The notes under the pieces: generated by a model
Databases searched by the model: none
Told to the model about the DNA's origin: nothing
What the model saw: only the letters and a program-made list of their open reading frames with translations
Shown: one piece after another, positions 37,814 to 48,364 of the stretch
Layout of the letters: each line of letters starts with the position of its first letter
How positions within the stretch are numbered: position 1 is the first letter of the stretch
Assembly (NCBI GenBank): GCA_046484805.1
Contig: JAWOIF010000055.1
Span: 1 to 53,429 of the forward strand
Source of the DNA: Bacteroidales bacterium
GTDB taxonomy: Bacteria > Bacteroidota > Bacteroidia > Bacteroidales > VadinHA17
Direction of reading: 5' to 3'
Length of the DNA stretch: 53,429 nt
Program-made: the position numbers and the translations under genes

Positions 37814-39121
37814 ATGAAAAGAATAGCAATAATACTAATAACGATAGCTGCAATGCTTACGGCATGCAGTAAGACCGACGTCTGGCTCGACTACGACGAT
37901 CCGTCTGTTTATATCGCACGCAACGGTGTTAGTTTTAATACCGCCTGGATGTACGATACTGATGAATGTATTGTTGAGTTGGGTGTTACCCTCTCTGGAG
38001 TACGTCCCTCTAACCAGAATAGTGATATAGAGGTCTCTTTTCAGGTTGATGAGTCTGTCATCTCTGTCTACAATTCTGACATTACCCAGCAATATTCCGG
38101 ACAGGTTATAACCCTTCCGGCAGATTGTTATCAGTTACCGGGTAACAAAGTTGTAATACCCAATGGTGAGGTGGATGTCAAGATACCCATCAAAATCTTT
38201 ACCGATAAGGTAGAGGCCCTCGGTATGGGGCCTGATGATATCTATGCGATACCAATCAAACTGACCTCTACCACAAAGTACAGGCTTTCGCAGAATGCCG
38301 GTCAGGTGGAATCAATTTATGGTATTGCACTCGATAATCCCAGGTTCTACTTCTGGGCTAACAGAAATGCAGGATCCAGCCCGCCGGTAATCGGCCGTAA
38401 GGTCATATTTGGTGAGACACCCAAGGTGGAAAACTTTATGGTGACAAGCTATGGCCTTGATGCCAGTGAGTCATATGAACTTACATTTGAAGTTGATCCT
38501 TCGATGGTTCCTGCGGGTCAGACATTACTACCTGCTGAGGCATACGAACTGCCTTCAACGACGGTGACCATACCGGCGGGTTCGCTTACTGCTAATTTCC
38601 CTGTGAAGATCATTAATGACAACGTAGAGTTCAGGCAAGTCTTCTATCTGCCTGTTACAATAACGGCTGCCTCAAAGTATGGAGGTGATCCGGTAAAGGG
38701 CACATTGCTCCTCAGGGTTGACGTTAAGAATGACTATGAGTGGGCCTATGTCAGTAAGGTATCAATCTTAGCTACAGCAACCGGAAGGTCCTCGAGCAGT
38801 CAAACCAATAAAGCTCCGACCTCATGGGATGCTAACACTCTGATGGTCCCCCACGGATACTACCGGGAACACCTCGGTACCGGGTATTGGATAACAAGCG
38901 GTCTTCTGTTCAAACTGAAGGTAATACCAACCAGTGATAAAAACAGATGGGATGTTGAGATCATCAATGATGATGATACTTCGGTTCACTCATCCTTCGA
39001 GCAGGATCCTAACATTGAAAGTTACTTCGACTGGGATAATGAGACCTTTTATCTCTATTACAGATGGTTACATTACGGCAACTATGTATATGTAGGTGAG
39101 ATACTTGAGGCTCAGTTCTAA
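37814..39121 (+). CDS. Surface lipoprotein with two DUF1735/BT_3987-like domains
   Basis: Lipobox LTAC; internal repeat VD...LPADCYQLP..VVIPNG / VD...LPAEAYELP..VTIPAG; start adjusted to MKRIA. Confidence 0.8.
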   Translation: MKRIAIILITIAAMLTACSKTDVWLDYDDPSVYIARNGVSFNTAWMYDTDECIVELGVTLSGVRPSNQNSDIEVSFQVDESVISVYNSDITQQYSGQVITLPADCYQLPGNKVVIPNGEVDVKIPIKIFTDKVEALGMGPDDIYAIPIKLTSTTKYRLSQNAGQVESIYGIALDNPRFYFWANRNAGSSPPVIGRKVIFGETPKVENFMVTSYGLDASESYELTFEVDPSMVPAGQTLLPAEAYELPSTTVTIPAGSLTANFPVKIINDNVEFRQVFYLPVTITAASKYGGDPVKGTLLLRVDVKNDYEWAYVSKVSILATATGRSSSSQTNKAPTSWDANTLMVPHGYYREHLGTGYWITSGLLFKLKVIPTSDKNRWDVEIINDDDTSVHSSFEQDPNIESYFDWDNETFYLYYRWLHYGNYVYVGEILEAQF

Positions 39122-39143
39122 AATAATTATCAGTCAGGGTAAA

Positions 39144-39180
39144 AACGGTTGCGGAGTTTAATACTTCGCAGCCGTTATTA
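39144..39180 (+). terminator. Hairpin closing the susCD locus
   Basis: AACGGTTGCGGAGT-TTAAT-ACTTCGCAGCCGTT; weak U tail. Confidence 0.65.
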
Positions 39181-39266
39181 CTCTGATCGTATAACCTGCC
39201 AGCCAGAGACTAAACGGCATGATGTTTGATGATTCCAGTTTACATAAATCATAATAAATTAGCTGT

Positions 39267-39959
39267 ATGAGATACCAGATTACAATCATTGCCTTTTTAA
39301 TCTGCTTCCCCGCGTTGTTTTCACAGCAGCGTGAAACTGTAATAGTCAAGGGCGAGGCATATCTTGAAAGCGAACTGCCAAGGGAGATGCTCTATTCTTT
39401 CACTGAGTTCAGGGAGGCTACACTTATCAGAAAAGACGGAGTGGAGAATCAGACCAGGGTAAACTTAAATCTGTTTACCGGCGATATCCTTTTCCTCTCT
39501 GCCGGAAACCAGATCCTGGTACTGGCCTATCCCAAAGATCTTGACCGCATAAAGATAGGCGACGATCTTTGGCTGCCGGTTGAAGACACCTTCGGAGAGG
39601 TTATTAATCGCATGGATGAAATCTCTTTGGTGAAGGTTAAAAAGACCCGGATAACTGATACCCGAAGGGAATCAGGATTTGGAGGTATGTCAAGTACTAC
39701 TTCAACCAAATCTATCACCCAATTTACAGCCAACAATCATGGTCAGGTAGCACTTCCTCTGGGTGAGTATGATTTTGAGACATCTGTAACCTACAGGCTG
39801 TCTGATGGCAGCCGGATGATTATTGCTGATGCCAAAGGCTTCAGAAAGCTTTTTCCTGCAAAGAAGAAAGAGATTAAAGCCTATCTAAAGGCTAACGATG
39901 TCGATTTCAAGAACGAGAGTCATCTCAAAGCCTTTATGGAAAAGTGCATAGCAATGTAG
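39267..39959 (+). CDS. Hypothetical exported protein
   Basis: 230-aa ORF with a signal peptide (ALFS/Q), flanked by terminators. Confidence 0.75.
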   Translation: MRYQITIIAFLICFPALFSQQRETVIVKGEAYLESELPREMLYSFTEFREATLIRKDGVENQTRVNLNLFTGDILFLSAGNQILVLAYPKDLDRIKIGDDLWLPVEDTFGEVINRMDEISLVKVKKTRITDTRRESGFGGMSSTTSTKSITQFTANNHGQVALPLGEYDFETSVTYRLSDGSRMIIADAKGFRKLFPAKKKEIKAYLKANDVDFKNESHLKAFMEKCIAM

Positions 39960-40011
39960 GGTTTGCTTAAAAGACTGATCCGGGTCAAGATACTCCGGTG
40001 AAGATGTAATA

Positions 40012-40051
40012 ATGCCGGTACAGTTATCAAACAGTGCCGGCATCATTTTTT
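40012..40051 (+). terminator. Intrinsic terminator
   Basis: ATGCCGGTAC-N12-GTGCCGGCAT followed by CATTTTTT. Confidence 0.7.
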
Positions 40052-40113
40052 ACTGAGGGACAAGCCAGAGCAGGAAAAATGCCTATTTTTGCTGAAATTC
40101 AAAAAATAGCAGG

Positions 40114-41871
40114 ATGTACAGAACTCATACATGCGGGGAATTAAGACTTAGCGATAGGGGTAAGGAAGTTAATTTATGCGGATGGTTGCAGCGTTCAAGG
40201 GATTTTGGCGGTATGACTTTCACCGATCTTCGCGACCGGTACGGAATAACGCAGCTGGTATTCAATATGGAAGAAGATGCTGAGTTATGCAAGAAGGCCC
40301 GTGATCTGGGCAGGGAGTTTGTACTCCAGGTAACCGGTATTGTGGCTGAGAGGAGCAACAAGAACAATCGCATATCTACCGGTGATATCGAGATCATGGT
40401 CAGAAGTGTAAGAGTTCTGAACAGGAGTGAACTGCCTCCTTTCACTATTGAAGATGATACTGACGGCGGCGATGAGTTGCGTATGAAGTATCGCTATCTT
40501 GATCTGAGACGAAGACCGGTTCGTGACAATCTGATGCTCAGGCACAGAATGACAAGAGAGGTGAGGAGCTACATGGACAGCCACGGATTTATCGAGGTTG
40601 AGACGCCTGTGCTTTATAAGTCTACACCAGAAGGAGCCCGTGATTATGTTGTTCCCTCAAGGATACATTCCGGGGAGTTCTATGCCCTTCCGCAGTCTCC
40701 GCAGACTCTCAAACAGCTGCTTATGGTGGCAGGTTTTGACAGGTATTACCAGATTGTCAGGTGTTTCAGGGACGAGGACCTCAGGGCCGACCGGCAACCG
40801 GAATTCACACAAATAGACTGCGAAATGTCATTCGTAGATCAGAATGATGTTCTTAATACTTTTGAAGGCCTCGCTATTCACCTCTTCAGGCAGATAAAGG
40901 GAGTTGAGTTAAGTGGTCCGTTTTTACGGCTGCCCTATTCGGAAGCTATTTCTTTGTATGGAACGGATAAGCCTGACCTGAGGTTTGAAATGAAGATAAC
41001 GGAGATAACAGATATAGTGAGGGGTAAAGGGTTTCAGGTATTTGACTCATCAGAGTTTATCGGGGCCATTGCCTGTCGCGGGGCATCACAATATACAAGA
41101 AAACAGACAGATGAACTCACGGAGTTTGTTAAGCGGCCACAGATAGGGGCAAAGGGACTCGTATGGATTAAGCAGGATGCAGACGGGACATTCAGGTCCT
41201 CAGTTGACAAATTCTACGACTCTTCTGATCTTGCCGCCATAGCTGCAGCTACCGGAGCCAATGCGGGAGACCTTATCCTGATCCTTGCAGGAGAGAGGCT
41301 GCCCACCCTGAAGGCACTTGGTGAGCTGAGACTGGAGATGGGCTCCAGACTGGAGTTGCGTGCCAGAGATGTTTTTATCCCTTTGTGGGTAGTTGACTTC
41401 CCCCTGCTGGAGTGGGACGAAGAGGAGGGGAGATATTTTGCCATGCATCATCCGTTTACCTCGCCGAAACCTGAGGATATTGACCTGCTCGAAAAGTCAC
41501 CGGCCGATGTCAGAGCCAACGCCCATGACCTGGTAATAAACGGAGTTGAAATTGGCGGCGGGTCAATCAGGATACATGACAGCGAACTGCAGAGATTGCT
41601 GTTCAGGGTGCTCGGATATACTGATGATGAGGCACAGAAGCAGTTTGGGTTCCTGCTCAACGCATTCCGGTACGGGGCACCGCCTCACGGGGGCATTGCA
41701 TTCGGTTTTGATCGCTGGACGGCTCTTATGGGTGGGTCGGACTCAATAAGGGATTTTATAGCATTCCCAAAGAATAATTCAGCAAGGGATATTATGATAG
41801 ATTCTCCATCGGCGGTATCTGCCAGGCAACTTGAAGAGTTATCTCTTAAGGTTGTTACTAAGAAGAAATGA
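40114..41871 (+). CDS. aspS: Aspartate--tRNA ligase
   Basis: [34 protein letters not shown] and GAPPHGG; -7 box TATTTTTG at 40084-40091. Confidence 0.97.
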   Translation: MYRTHTCGELRLSDRGKEVNLCGWLQRSRDFGGMTFTDLRDRYGITQLVFNMEEDAELCKKARDLGREFVLQVTGIVAERSNKNNRISTGDIEIMVRSVRVLNRSELPPFTIEDDTDGGDELRMKYRYLDLRRRPVRDNLMLRHRMTREVRSYMDSHGFIEVETPVLYKSTPEGARDYVVPSRIHSGEFYALPQSPQTLKQLLMVAGFDRYYQIVRCFRDEDLRADRQPEFTQIDCEMSFVDQNDVLNTFEGLAIHLFRQIKGVELSGPFLRLPYSEAISLYGTDKPDLRFEMKITEITDIVRGKGFQVFDSSEFIGAIACRGASQYTRKQTDELTEFVKRPQIGAKGLVWIKQDADGTFRSSVDKFYDSSDLAAIAAATGANAGDLILILAGERLPTLKALGELRLEMGSRLELRARDVFIPLWVVDFPLLEWDEEEGRYFAMHHPFTSPKPEDIDLLEKSPADVRANAHDLVINGVEIGGGSIRIHDSELQRLLFRVLGYTDDEAQKQFGFLLNAFRYGAPPHGGIAFGFDRWTALMGGSDSIRDFIAFPKNNSARDIMIDSPSAVSARQLEELSLKVVTKKK

Positions 41872-41885
41872 TCAGAGTCAGGCTG

Positions 41886-42578
41886 CTACTTTTTGCGCCT
41901 TATAAGAATTACTCCGTTAGCCCCCCTTGATCCGTACATTGAGGCATCGGCGCCTTTCAGAACCTGAATCGACTCTACCTGTGTGGGTGGTATATCAGAA
42001 ATAGTACTTGTGGGTACTCCATCAACAACAAACAGAGGTTCATTGCTAAGGTTAATACTGCTTATGCCTCTTATCCTGATGGAATTACCATTCACCTCTA
42101 CACCGGGTACCTCGCCCTTGATCATATCATAGATAGTGGTGTAGGACCTGAATCGGACATTTTCTGTTTTTATCGTACTGCTTGAAGTGGTAAGGTTACT
42201 CCTTTTTACAAATCCATATCCAATATCAACCATCTCATCATCATGACCCATCTCCAGCAGTTGAATAATCCTGGCCTTGTTAAGCTTCAGGTTGAAATTT
42301 GTCTTATCTCCAATTAATTCCTCAGCTATTCCGATATCTGGCTTTATTGCTGCAATTCTGTCTGCTTCAGGATCGATCTTCATCCGGAAATTCCCGAGTC
42401 TGTTTGTCTTTGAGCTTGTCTCAACCCCATCTATAAATAATATTGCCCCCTGTACCGCAGCACCTTCTTCGGTAATGACATTTCCCGTAATGACAACTTT
42501 TTTCGCCTTTTTCTGTGCATTAGCCAGAAAACCCGGCAGCATAAATGCTACTAATATTAATGTAACCAATCTATTCAT
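41886..42578 (-). CDS. Exported protein with a SusC-type N-terminal domain and a TonB plug domain, no beta-barrel
   Basis: Signal peptide; IRGISS..PLFVVDG..VLKGADASMYGSRGANGVILI followed almost at once by the stop. Confidence 0.85.
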   Translation of the reverse strand: MNRLVTLILVAFMLPGFLANAQKKAKKVVITGNVITEEGAAVQGAILFIDGVETSSKTNRLGNFRMKIDPEADRIAAIKPDIGIAEELIGDKTNFNLKLNKARIIQLLEMGHDDEMVDIGYGFVKRSNLTTSSSTIKTENVRFRSYTTIYDMIKGEVPGVEVNGNSIRIRGISSINLSNEPLFVVDGVPTSTISDIPPTQVESIQVLKGADASMYGSRGANGVILIRRKK

Positions 42579-42600
42579 ATCACGTTATTTTAAGTGTTTT

Positions 42601-43923
42601 TCATTTCACCATCGTGCCTATCAGCGTTGCTGACGTACTCTTTTCGATCTTCACTTTTACATAGTCACCATTTCGCTGTCCTTCATCAGGAAATACCACA
42701 ACCTTGTTTTGTGAAGTTCTGCCAAAGAGATCATTATCAGACTTTTTTGACCGGCCTTCTACAATTACCTCAAATACCATACCAATATCCTGTTTTTTGA
42801 CCGAGGCAGATATCTTGTTCTGCAATAAGATAACCTCACTGAGTCTTCTCTTCTTAATCTCTTCCGGTATATCATCCTTTAGCTTCCTGGCGGCTCCGGT
42901 ACCTGGTCTTTCACTATAGGCAAACATATAGGCAAAATCAAACCCTGCCCATTCCATCAGGCTCAGAGTCTCTTTGTGGTCCTCTTCAGTCTCGCTGCAG
43001 AATCCGGTAATAATATCTGTTGAGATGGCACACTCCGGAACGATACTCCTGATAGCTCTGATCCTTTCCATATACCAATTCCTGTCATACTTACGGTTCA
43101 TCAGCTTCAGGATTCGTGAACTGCCACTCTGAACCGGAAGGTGAATATGCCTGCAGATATTCGGGTATTTTGCCATTGTACTGAGAACATCATCGGACAT
43201 GTCTTTTGGATGGTTTGTCGAGAATCGTACCCGTAAAAGGGGGCTTAGTTCTGCAGTAAGAGCCAGAAGGCTGCTGAAATCAACGATTGTATCACCGGCT
43301 TCCCATTTATATGAATCGACATTCTGTCCGAGCAGCGTCACTTCACGATATCCTTTTGCAAACAGATCCTCCGTCTCCCTGATAATACTGTCTGGATCGC
43401 GGCTTCTTTCAGCCCCGCGAACATATGGCACCACACAATAGGAGCACATGTTGTTGCAACCTCTCATAATAGAGACGAAGGCACTGACTCCGTTTTCATC
43501 AAGCCGCACAGGGGCTATGTCAGCATAGGTCTCCTCGCGCGAAAGGAGAACATTTACAGCCTTATGACCTTCCAGAGCATCTGTTACAAGAGCAGGTAAT
43601 TCACGATAGGCATCAGGGCCAACCACCAGGTCGACCATCTTATCGGTCTCAAGAAGCCTCTCTTTAAGTCTTTCAGCCATACATCCGATCACGCCAACCA
43701 CAGTGCCGGGCCTTCTGCGTTTTTCCTTCCTGAACAGGTCGAGCCTTCCCCATATCCTCTGTTCGGCATTCTCCCTGATCGAGCAGGTGTTGACCAGTAT
43801 CAGGTCAGCCTGACTGATATCGCGGCAGTGCTCCAGTCCCTGATCTTTAAGCACCGATACAACAATTTCAGTATCAGCAACATTCATCTGGCAGCCGTAG
43901 GTCTCAATGTAGAATTTCTTCAT
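42601..43923 (-). CDS. miaB: tRNA-i6A37 methylthiotransferase
   Basis: TYGCQMN, NTCSIRE, CNNMCSYC and a TRAM domain; start taken as MKKFY. Confidence 0.96.
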   Translation of the reverse strand: MKKFYIETYGCQMNVADTEIVVSVLKDQGLEHCRDISQADLILVNTCSIRENAEQRIWGRLDLFRKEKRRRPGTVVGVIGCMAERLKERLLETDKMVDLVVGPDAYRELPALVTDALEGHKAVNVLLSREETYADIAPVRLDENGVSAFVSIMRGCNNMCSYCVVPYVRGAERSRDPDSIIRETEDLFAKGYREVTLLGQNVDSYKWEAGDTIVDFSSLLALTAELSPLLRVRFSTNHPKDMSDDVLSTMAKYPNICRHIHLPVQSGSSRILKLMNRKYDRNWYMERIRAIRSIVPECAISTDIITGFCSETEEDHKETLSLMEWAGFDFAYMFAYSERPGTGAARKLKDDIPEEIKKRRLSEVILLQNKISASVKKQDIGMVFEVIVEGRSKKSDNDLFGRTSQNKVVVFPDEGQRNGDYVKVKIEKSTSATLIGTMVK

Positions 43924-43937
43924 ATCGTTACCCTTCG

Positions 43938-44672
43938 TCAAGTGAGTAATCCTTTTTCTGAGAGCTTATCGTAGAATGCATTTTTGTAGCTGTCGCTGAC
44001 GGGTATCAGTTTGTCGCCTATCTTGATGCGGTTCCTGGTTACGTTTTCAATCTTGTCGAGAGCAACAAGGTATGATTTATGCACTCTTATAAAATCGCCC
44101 CCGGGTAGTACTGACTCAAGTTTTTTGAAGTTCTGGAGGGTCATCACCTTCATCGTTTTTGCAATTATCCTGAGGTAATCACCCTGCCCTTCAACGTAAA
44201 GGATATCATCAACAGCTATTTTCTGCAGCCGGTTTTCGGTTTTCACGAAGATATATTTACCAGTGGCATGCATTTCAAGAGAAGATTCCGCAATCTTCTT
44301 TGTCCCCTCACGGGAGGTGATTTTATTATAAACCCTGTCGACGGACTTGACAAATCTTTCGAAGCTTACCGGTTTCAGAAGGTAGTCGGCGGCATCGAGT
44401 TCGAAACCCTCGATAGCATAAGAGTCATATGCGGTAATAAATATCACTTCAGGTCTGACCTTAAGTGCATGTATTAGCTGGATACCGGTGAGAGATTCCA
44501 TTTCTATATCGAGGAACATCAGGTCTATTTTGTTATTCTTAAGGAAATCGATGCATTCGATAGCATTGTCAAATGACCTGACAAGTTTAAGGAACGGCAC
44601 CCGGTTAATATAGTCACGAATTATTTCAAGAGCCAGGGGCTCATCGTCAATGGCAATGCAGTTCAATTCCAT
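43938..44672 (-). CDS. LytTR-family response regulator
   Basis: IDDEPLA, FLDIEM and FIRVHKSYLV. Confidence 0.93.
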   Translation of the reverse strand: MELNCIAIDDEPLALEIIRDYINRVPFLKLVRSFDNAIECIDFLKNNKIDLMFLDIEMESLTGIQLIHALKVRPEVIFITAYDSYAIEGFELDAADYLLKPVSFERFVKSVDRVYNKITSREGTKKIAESSLEMHATGKYIFVKTENRLQKIAVDDILYVEGQGDYLRIIAKTMKVMTLQNFKKLESVLPGGDFIRVHKSYLVALDKIENVTRNRIKIGDKLIPVSDSYKNAFYDKLSEKGLLT

Positions 44673-44675
44673 ACT

Positions 44676-45719
44676 TCATTTGTTTCTGATAGTTTCACAG
44701 TACAATTCTATTGAAACGGTATATTTTCCGCTGTTCCTTGAGATTCTGAGATCGTGGCAACCGGGGTAGAGAAGCTCCAGTCTTCGTCTTGTGTTCTGCA
44801 TGCCAATACCTGAATCGGCTTTAGTCTTTTCCGGCTGATCATCAAGAGTGTAGTTTGACACCACGAACCTGAGCCTTTTTCCCTCTGCCCTGATGTCAAT
44901 TGTTATTCCCGGATTGGCTACTCTTTTTTTCCCGTGCTTGAAAGCATTTTCGACTACTGATATCAGCAGCATGGGAGGAACCTGATGAACCGAGATATCT
45001 CCCTCTGCCCTGAGTGAAACAAAGTCGGGGTCCTTAACCCTGAGTTTCTCCAGTTCAAGGTAATACCCAAGGTGTTCAATCTCCTTTTCAAGAGGCACTC
45101 TTTCAGATTTTGACTCATAGAGCATATATCTCATTATATCTGAGAGCTTCATTAGTGCTGCCGGCGCCTCATCAGATTTCATGTATACAAGTGAGTATAT
45201 GTTGTTCAGGGTATTAAAGAAGAAGTGGGGGTTGAGCTGAGTCTTAAGGAAGTCCAGTTCCATCCGGTGTTCATGTAACATAAGTTCAGCAGCATGCTTT
45301 CTTTCATTGTACCATCTGATAGCCAGCTTCATGAAAACAGCAAACAGTGTATAGATAATAATATTAATCAGATCAGTTATATAGTGGGTTACACTATAAA
45401 TATTGTATCTCTCCAGTCCGAGCCCGAACCGGTAATCAGTTATCACGGTCTTTCCTATTTTTATAAACCACAGAAACAGTACCGCGGCAATGAATATCAC
45501 CAGATTCCTTAGCAGGGAGTTGGAGGAACCAAAAGTTATCGGTACAATAAAGAGGTAGACGAAGTAGAATACAATGGCATAATAGAAGTGGGTTACCAGT
45601 TGGTAGATCATCATCCCCTGAGATATCTGCTCCTTATATGTAAGAAGCAGGGCTGAAGGGATCATTACGCTGAGCGCCCAGAATGCCATATGGATAAGTA
45701 TGACAGAGCTTCGTTTCAT
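44676..45719 (-). CDS. LytS-type membrane sensor histidine kinase
   Basis: Four TM segments, LKTQLNPHFFFNTLNN and VENAFKHG. Confidence 0.93.
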   Translation of the reverse strand: MKRSSVILIHMAFWALSVMIPSALLLTYKEQISQGMMIYQLVTHFYYAIVFYFVYLFIVPITFGSSNSLLRNLVIFIAAVLFLWFIKIGKTVITDYRFGLGLERYNIYSVTHYITDLINIIIYTLFAVFMKLAIRWYNERKHAAELMLHEHRMELDFLKTQLNPHFFFNTLNNIYSLVYMKSDEAPAALMKLSDIMRYMLYESKSERVPLEKEIEHLGYYLELEKLRVKDPDFVSLRAEGDISVHQVPPMLLISVVENAFKHGKKRVANPGITIDIRAEGKRLRFVVSNYTLDDQPEKTKADSGIGMQNTRRRLELLYPGCHDLRISRNSGKYTVSIELYCETIRNK

Positions 45720-45785
45720 TGTTAATCAGGTCTGTGGCAAAGGAACATCAAAAAAAGCCAAATGCACTGCAGATGCAAATTTTTT

Positions 45786-45869
45786 TCTGTGAAAGGTTAA
45801 GTTTATACGGTAAGTTTCAATTTCAGGATTTTTTTTCGATTTCGGCTGTTTAATCATGGCATTCACAGA
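45786..45869. promoter_or_regulatory. Candidate LytTR operator: two divergent pairs of 8-mers at 21-bp spacing
   Basis: TCTGTGAA(45786)/ACGGTAAG(45807) and TTCGGCTG(45841)/TTCACAGA(45862); the outer sites are exact inverted copies. Confidence 0.5.
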
Positions 45870-45940
45870 ATAGTTTTTCAAACACGGTTCAACTTGTTGA
45901 CTTTTGCTTTGAATTAACCAATTTAAAATATCTCTTTAAA

Positions 45941-48364
45941 ATGAAAACCCGATTTGCATTCACACTGCTTACACTGATGATGGCTTCATCCCTGTTATTA
46001 TCGCAGGCATCATACAGGGGAGTAATAAAGGGCAGGGTAATAGACTCTGCCACAGGAGACCCCTTAAGTAACGTTACGGTAGCTCTCTATTCGCTTCCCG
46101 ACTCCGCTCTAAGCGGAGGTGTAGCTACAGATGATGCCGGTGAGTTTTTACTCCAGGCAGCCAGCGAAGGCAGTTATTATATAGTGTTGAGCTTTATTGG
46201 ATACCAGTCACAGGTATTTCCTTTCACACTGGCGGCCGATGCTCCTGAAACCGACCTGGGGGAATTCATCCTGCGGGAAGTAACAGGTGATGCCGGAGAT
46301 GTTATTGTTTCAGCTGTTCGTCCCCAGGTTATTTATCAGCAGGACAAAAAAATTGTAAGAGTTGATGAGTTTCGGCAGGCCGGGGCAACAACCCTCGCAC
46401 AGGTGCTTGAGAATGTACCTTCGGTTACTACTGATGTTGAGGGCAATGTGCTTCTTCGCGGGAGTTCAAATTATACCCTGCTGATTGACGGCAATCCGGC
46501 TCCACAGACAGGAGCCAATCTTCTTCGCCAGATTCCTGCCGAGATGGTTGAATCGATCGAGGTAATGACAAATCCGTCGGCAAAATATGATCCTGATGGC
46601 ACAGCCGGCATTATCAACCTGATACTCAAGAAACAGCAGCAGGCCGGTTTCAACGGGATGGTTACCCTGATGGCAGGCCTCGGCGGAAAATATACGGGAG
46701 ACGCGCGTCTCAACTACAGAAAAGGTAAGGTAAATATCTTCGCAGGATTTACAGGTATGCGTTATGGTACTGAAGTTACCGTTGACCTTTCAAGGGAAAC
46801 AGTTCTCTCCGGCGGTGAGTTCCTGATGGATTCATATCTCGATCAGCAGATAGTAATGAAAACCGGCAGCTTCAACGGAGGCGCTGATATCACCTTCAAC
46901 GAAAGAAATTCCCTGACAGTTTCCGGTACATTTGGTCCAATCAACCAGAACGTAGAGATTGCCACACGGGTGTTCAGAGATTACAGGGAGACATCAACCC
47001 TGGAGTATGCCCTGAATACCAATGATCTGGGTCTTAAGGGATTCATGTATAATCCCTCCCTGAACTTCACGCATAAGTTCAAGAGGGAAGGAGAGAAGAT
47101 CAGTTTTAATATGTTCGGAGGAGGTGCCATGGTGGATATCATCCAGAATCTTTCAGAAGTGGAGACTGACAGTCAATGGGTGCCGGGTTCCGCATTACCG
47201 GTGCTGAGAGAGTCAGTACTGACACTTGATCTTCTTGACATCAGGTTGAAAGCGGATTACGAGCGCCCGGTTGGAGAGAAATCAAAGCTGGAAACCGGGT
47301 TGCAGTATAACATTATGAGTGATTCAGACAATAACAGCTTCAGGAACTATGACCATGGTGCCGGTGACTGGGTGCCTGATAATCTCTATTCCAACGAGTT
47401 TTCATTTAGCCGTGACATCTGGTCAGTATATACAACATGGTCGTCAGCTCTTGGGAAATTCAACTATCAGCTGGGACTGAGGGGTGAATATGAATACCGG
47501 ATTATTAATCAGATTACTCTTAACGAAGAATATAGTTACGATAAATTCAGTCTGTTTCCCACGGTTCATCTTACAAGGCCCATGAAGAACAACCAACAGC
47601 TACAGCTGAGTTATTCACGCCGGATCAATCGCCCCAACTGGAATGTCCTTAATCCTTTTCCTCAATTTATAGACAATCAGACAATAGCAAAAGGCAACCC
47701 ACAGATCAGGCCTGAATATACAGGCAGTTATGAGCTGAATTACCAGAGACAGGTGAAGATAGGCTCTCTTTCGGCCGAGTCATTCTACAGACAGTCAAAT
47801 GATTTGATTTCCAGCATTGTTGTAACTGATGATGAGGGTACTTTGTTTCTAACCTCTGCTAATGCCAACAGGTCGCATTCTGCCGGTCTTGAATTCATGG
47901 CCAACCTTCAGCCGGTTAACTGGCTTCGCATGATGGTATCGGGGAGCGGTTATTATTACCTTCTTGATGATGAGACGATCAGCACTGGTGTTGATGAGAG
48001 TACATTTACCTGGAATATGAACAGCAATATAATATTTCTGTTTACCCCCACCACAAGGTTTTCACTTCAGGGTATGTACACTGGTCCGTCAATCAATACT
48101 CAGGGACGGACATCGGGTGCCTTTATGCTCAACGCCGGGCTCAGCCAGTCTCTGATGAAGCAGAAGCTTAATCTTAGTCTTGGTTTCCGCGATATTCTTG
48201 GTTCCTATAAGATAAAGAGTACCTCAGAGGGGATGAATTTCAAAGTAACGACGATTGCTATTCCCGAACAGAGGGTTCTTACCCTTACGGCAACCTATAA
48301 CTTCAATAATTATCAGAGGCGCACTGATCAGCAGGAGTCATTGGACATAAACTTCATCCGCTAG
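45941..48364 (+). CDS. TonB-dependent receptor (outer-membrane beta-barrel family, non-SusC)
   Basis: Carboxypeptidase-regulatory-like N-domain, plug IEVMTNPSAKYDPDGTAGIINLILKK, and barrel motifs SYSRRINRP and GNPQIRPE. Confidence 0.9.
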   Translation: MKTRFAFTLLTLMMASSLLLSQASYRGVIKGRVIDSATGDPLSNVTVALYSLPDSALSGGVATDDAGEFLLQAASEGSYYIVLSFIGYQSQVFPFTLAADAPETDLGEFILREVTGDAGDVIVSAVRPQVIYQQDKKIVRVDEFRQAGATTLAQVLENVPSVTTDVEGNVLLRGSSNYTLLIDGNPAPQTGANLLRQIPAEMVESIEVMTNPSAKYDPDGTAGIINLILKKQQQAGFNGMVTLMAGLGGKYTGDARLNYRKGKVNIFAGFTGMRYGTEVTVDLSRETVLSGGEFLMDSYLDQQIVMKTGSFNGGADITFNERNSLTVSGTFGPINQNVEIATRVFRDYRETSTLEYALNTNDLGLKGFMYNPSLNFTHKFKREGEKISFNMFGGGAMVDIIQNLSEVETDSQWVPGSALPVLRESVLTLDLLDIRLKADYERPVGEKSKLETGLQYNIMSDSDNNSFRNYDHGAGDWVPDNLYSNEFSFSRDIWSVYTTWSSALGKFNYQLGLRGEYEYRIINQITLNEEYSYDKFSLFPTVHLTRPMKNNQQLQLSYSRRINRPNWNVLNPFPQFIDNQTIAKGNPQIRPEYTGSYELNYQRQVKIGSLSAESFYRQSNDLISSIVVTDDEGTLFLTSANANRSHSAGLEFMANLQPVNWLRMMVSGSGYYYLLDDETISTGVDESTFTWNMNSNIIFLFTPTTRFSLQGMYTGPSINTQGRTSGAFMLNAGLSQSLMKQKLNLSLGFRDILGSYKIKSTSEGMNFKVTTIAIPEQRVLTLTATYNFNNYQRRTDQQESLDINFIR

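Noticed and set aside
41886..42578. Plug-only gene as a truncated susC pseudogene
   Set aside because: It has a clean domain-boundary stop, an intact signal peptide and no barrel remnant downstream.
45857..45872. TGGCATT as a sigma54 -24 box before the TonB receptor
   Set aside because: No TTG at the -12 position.
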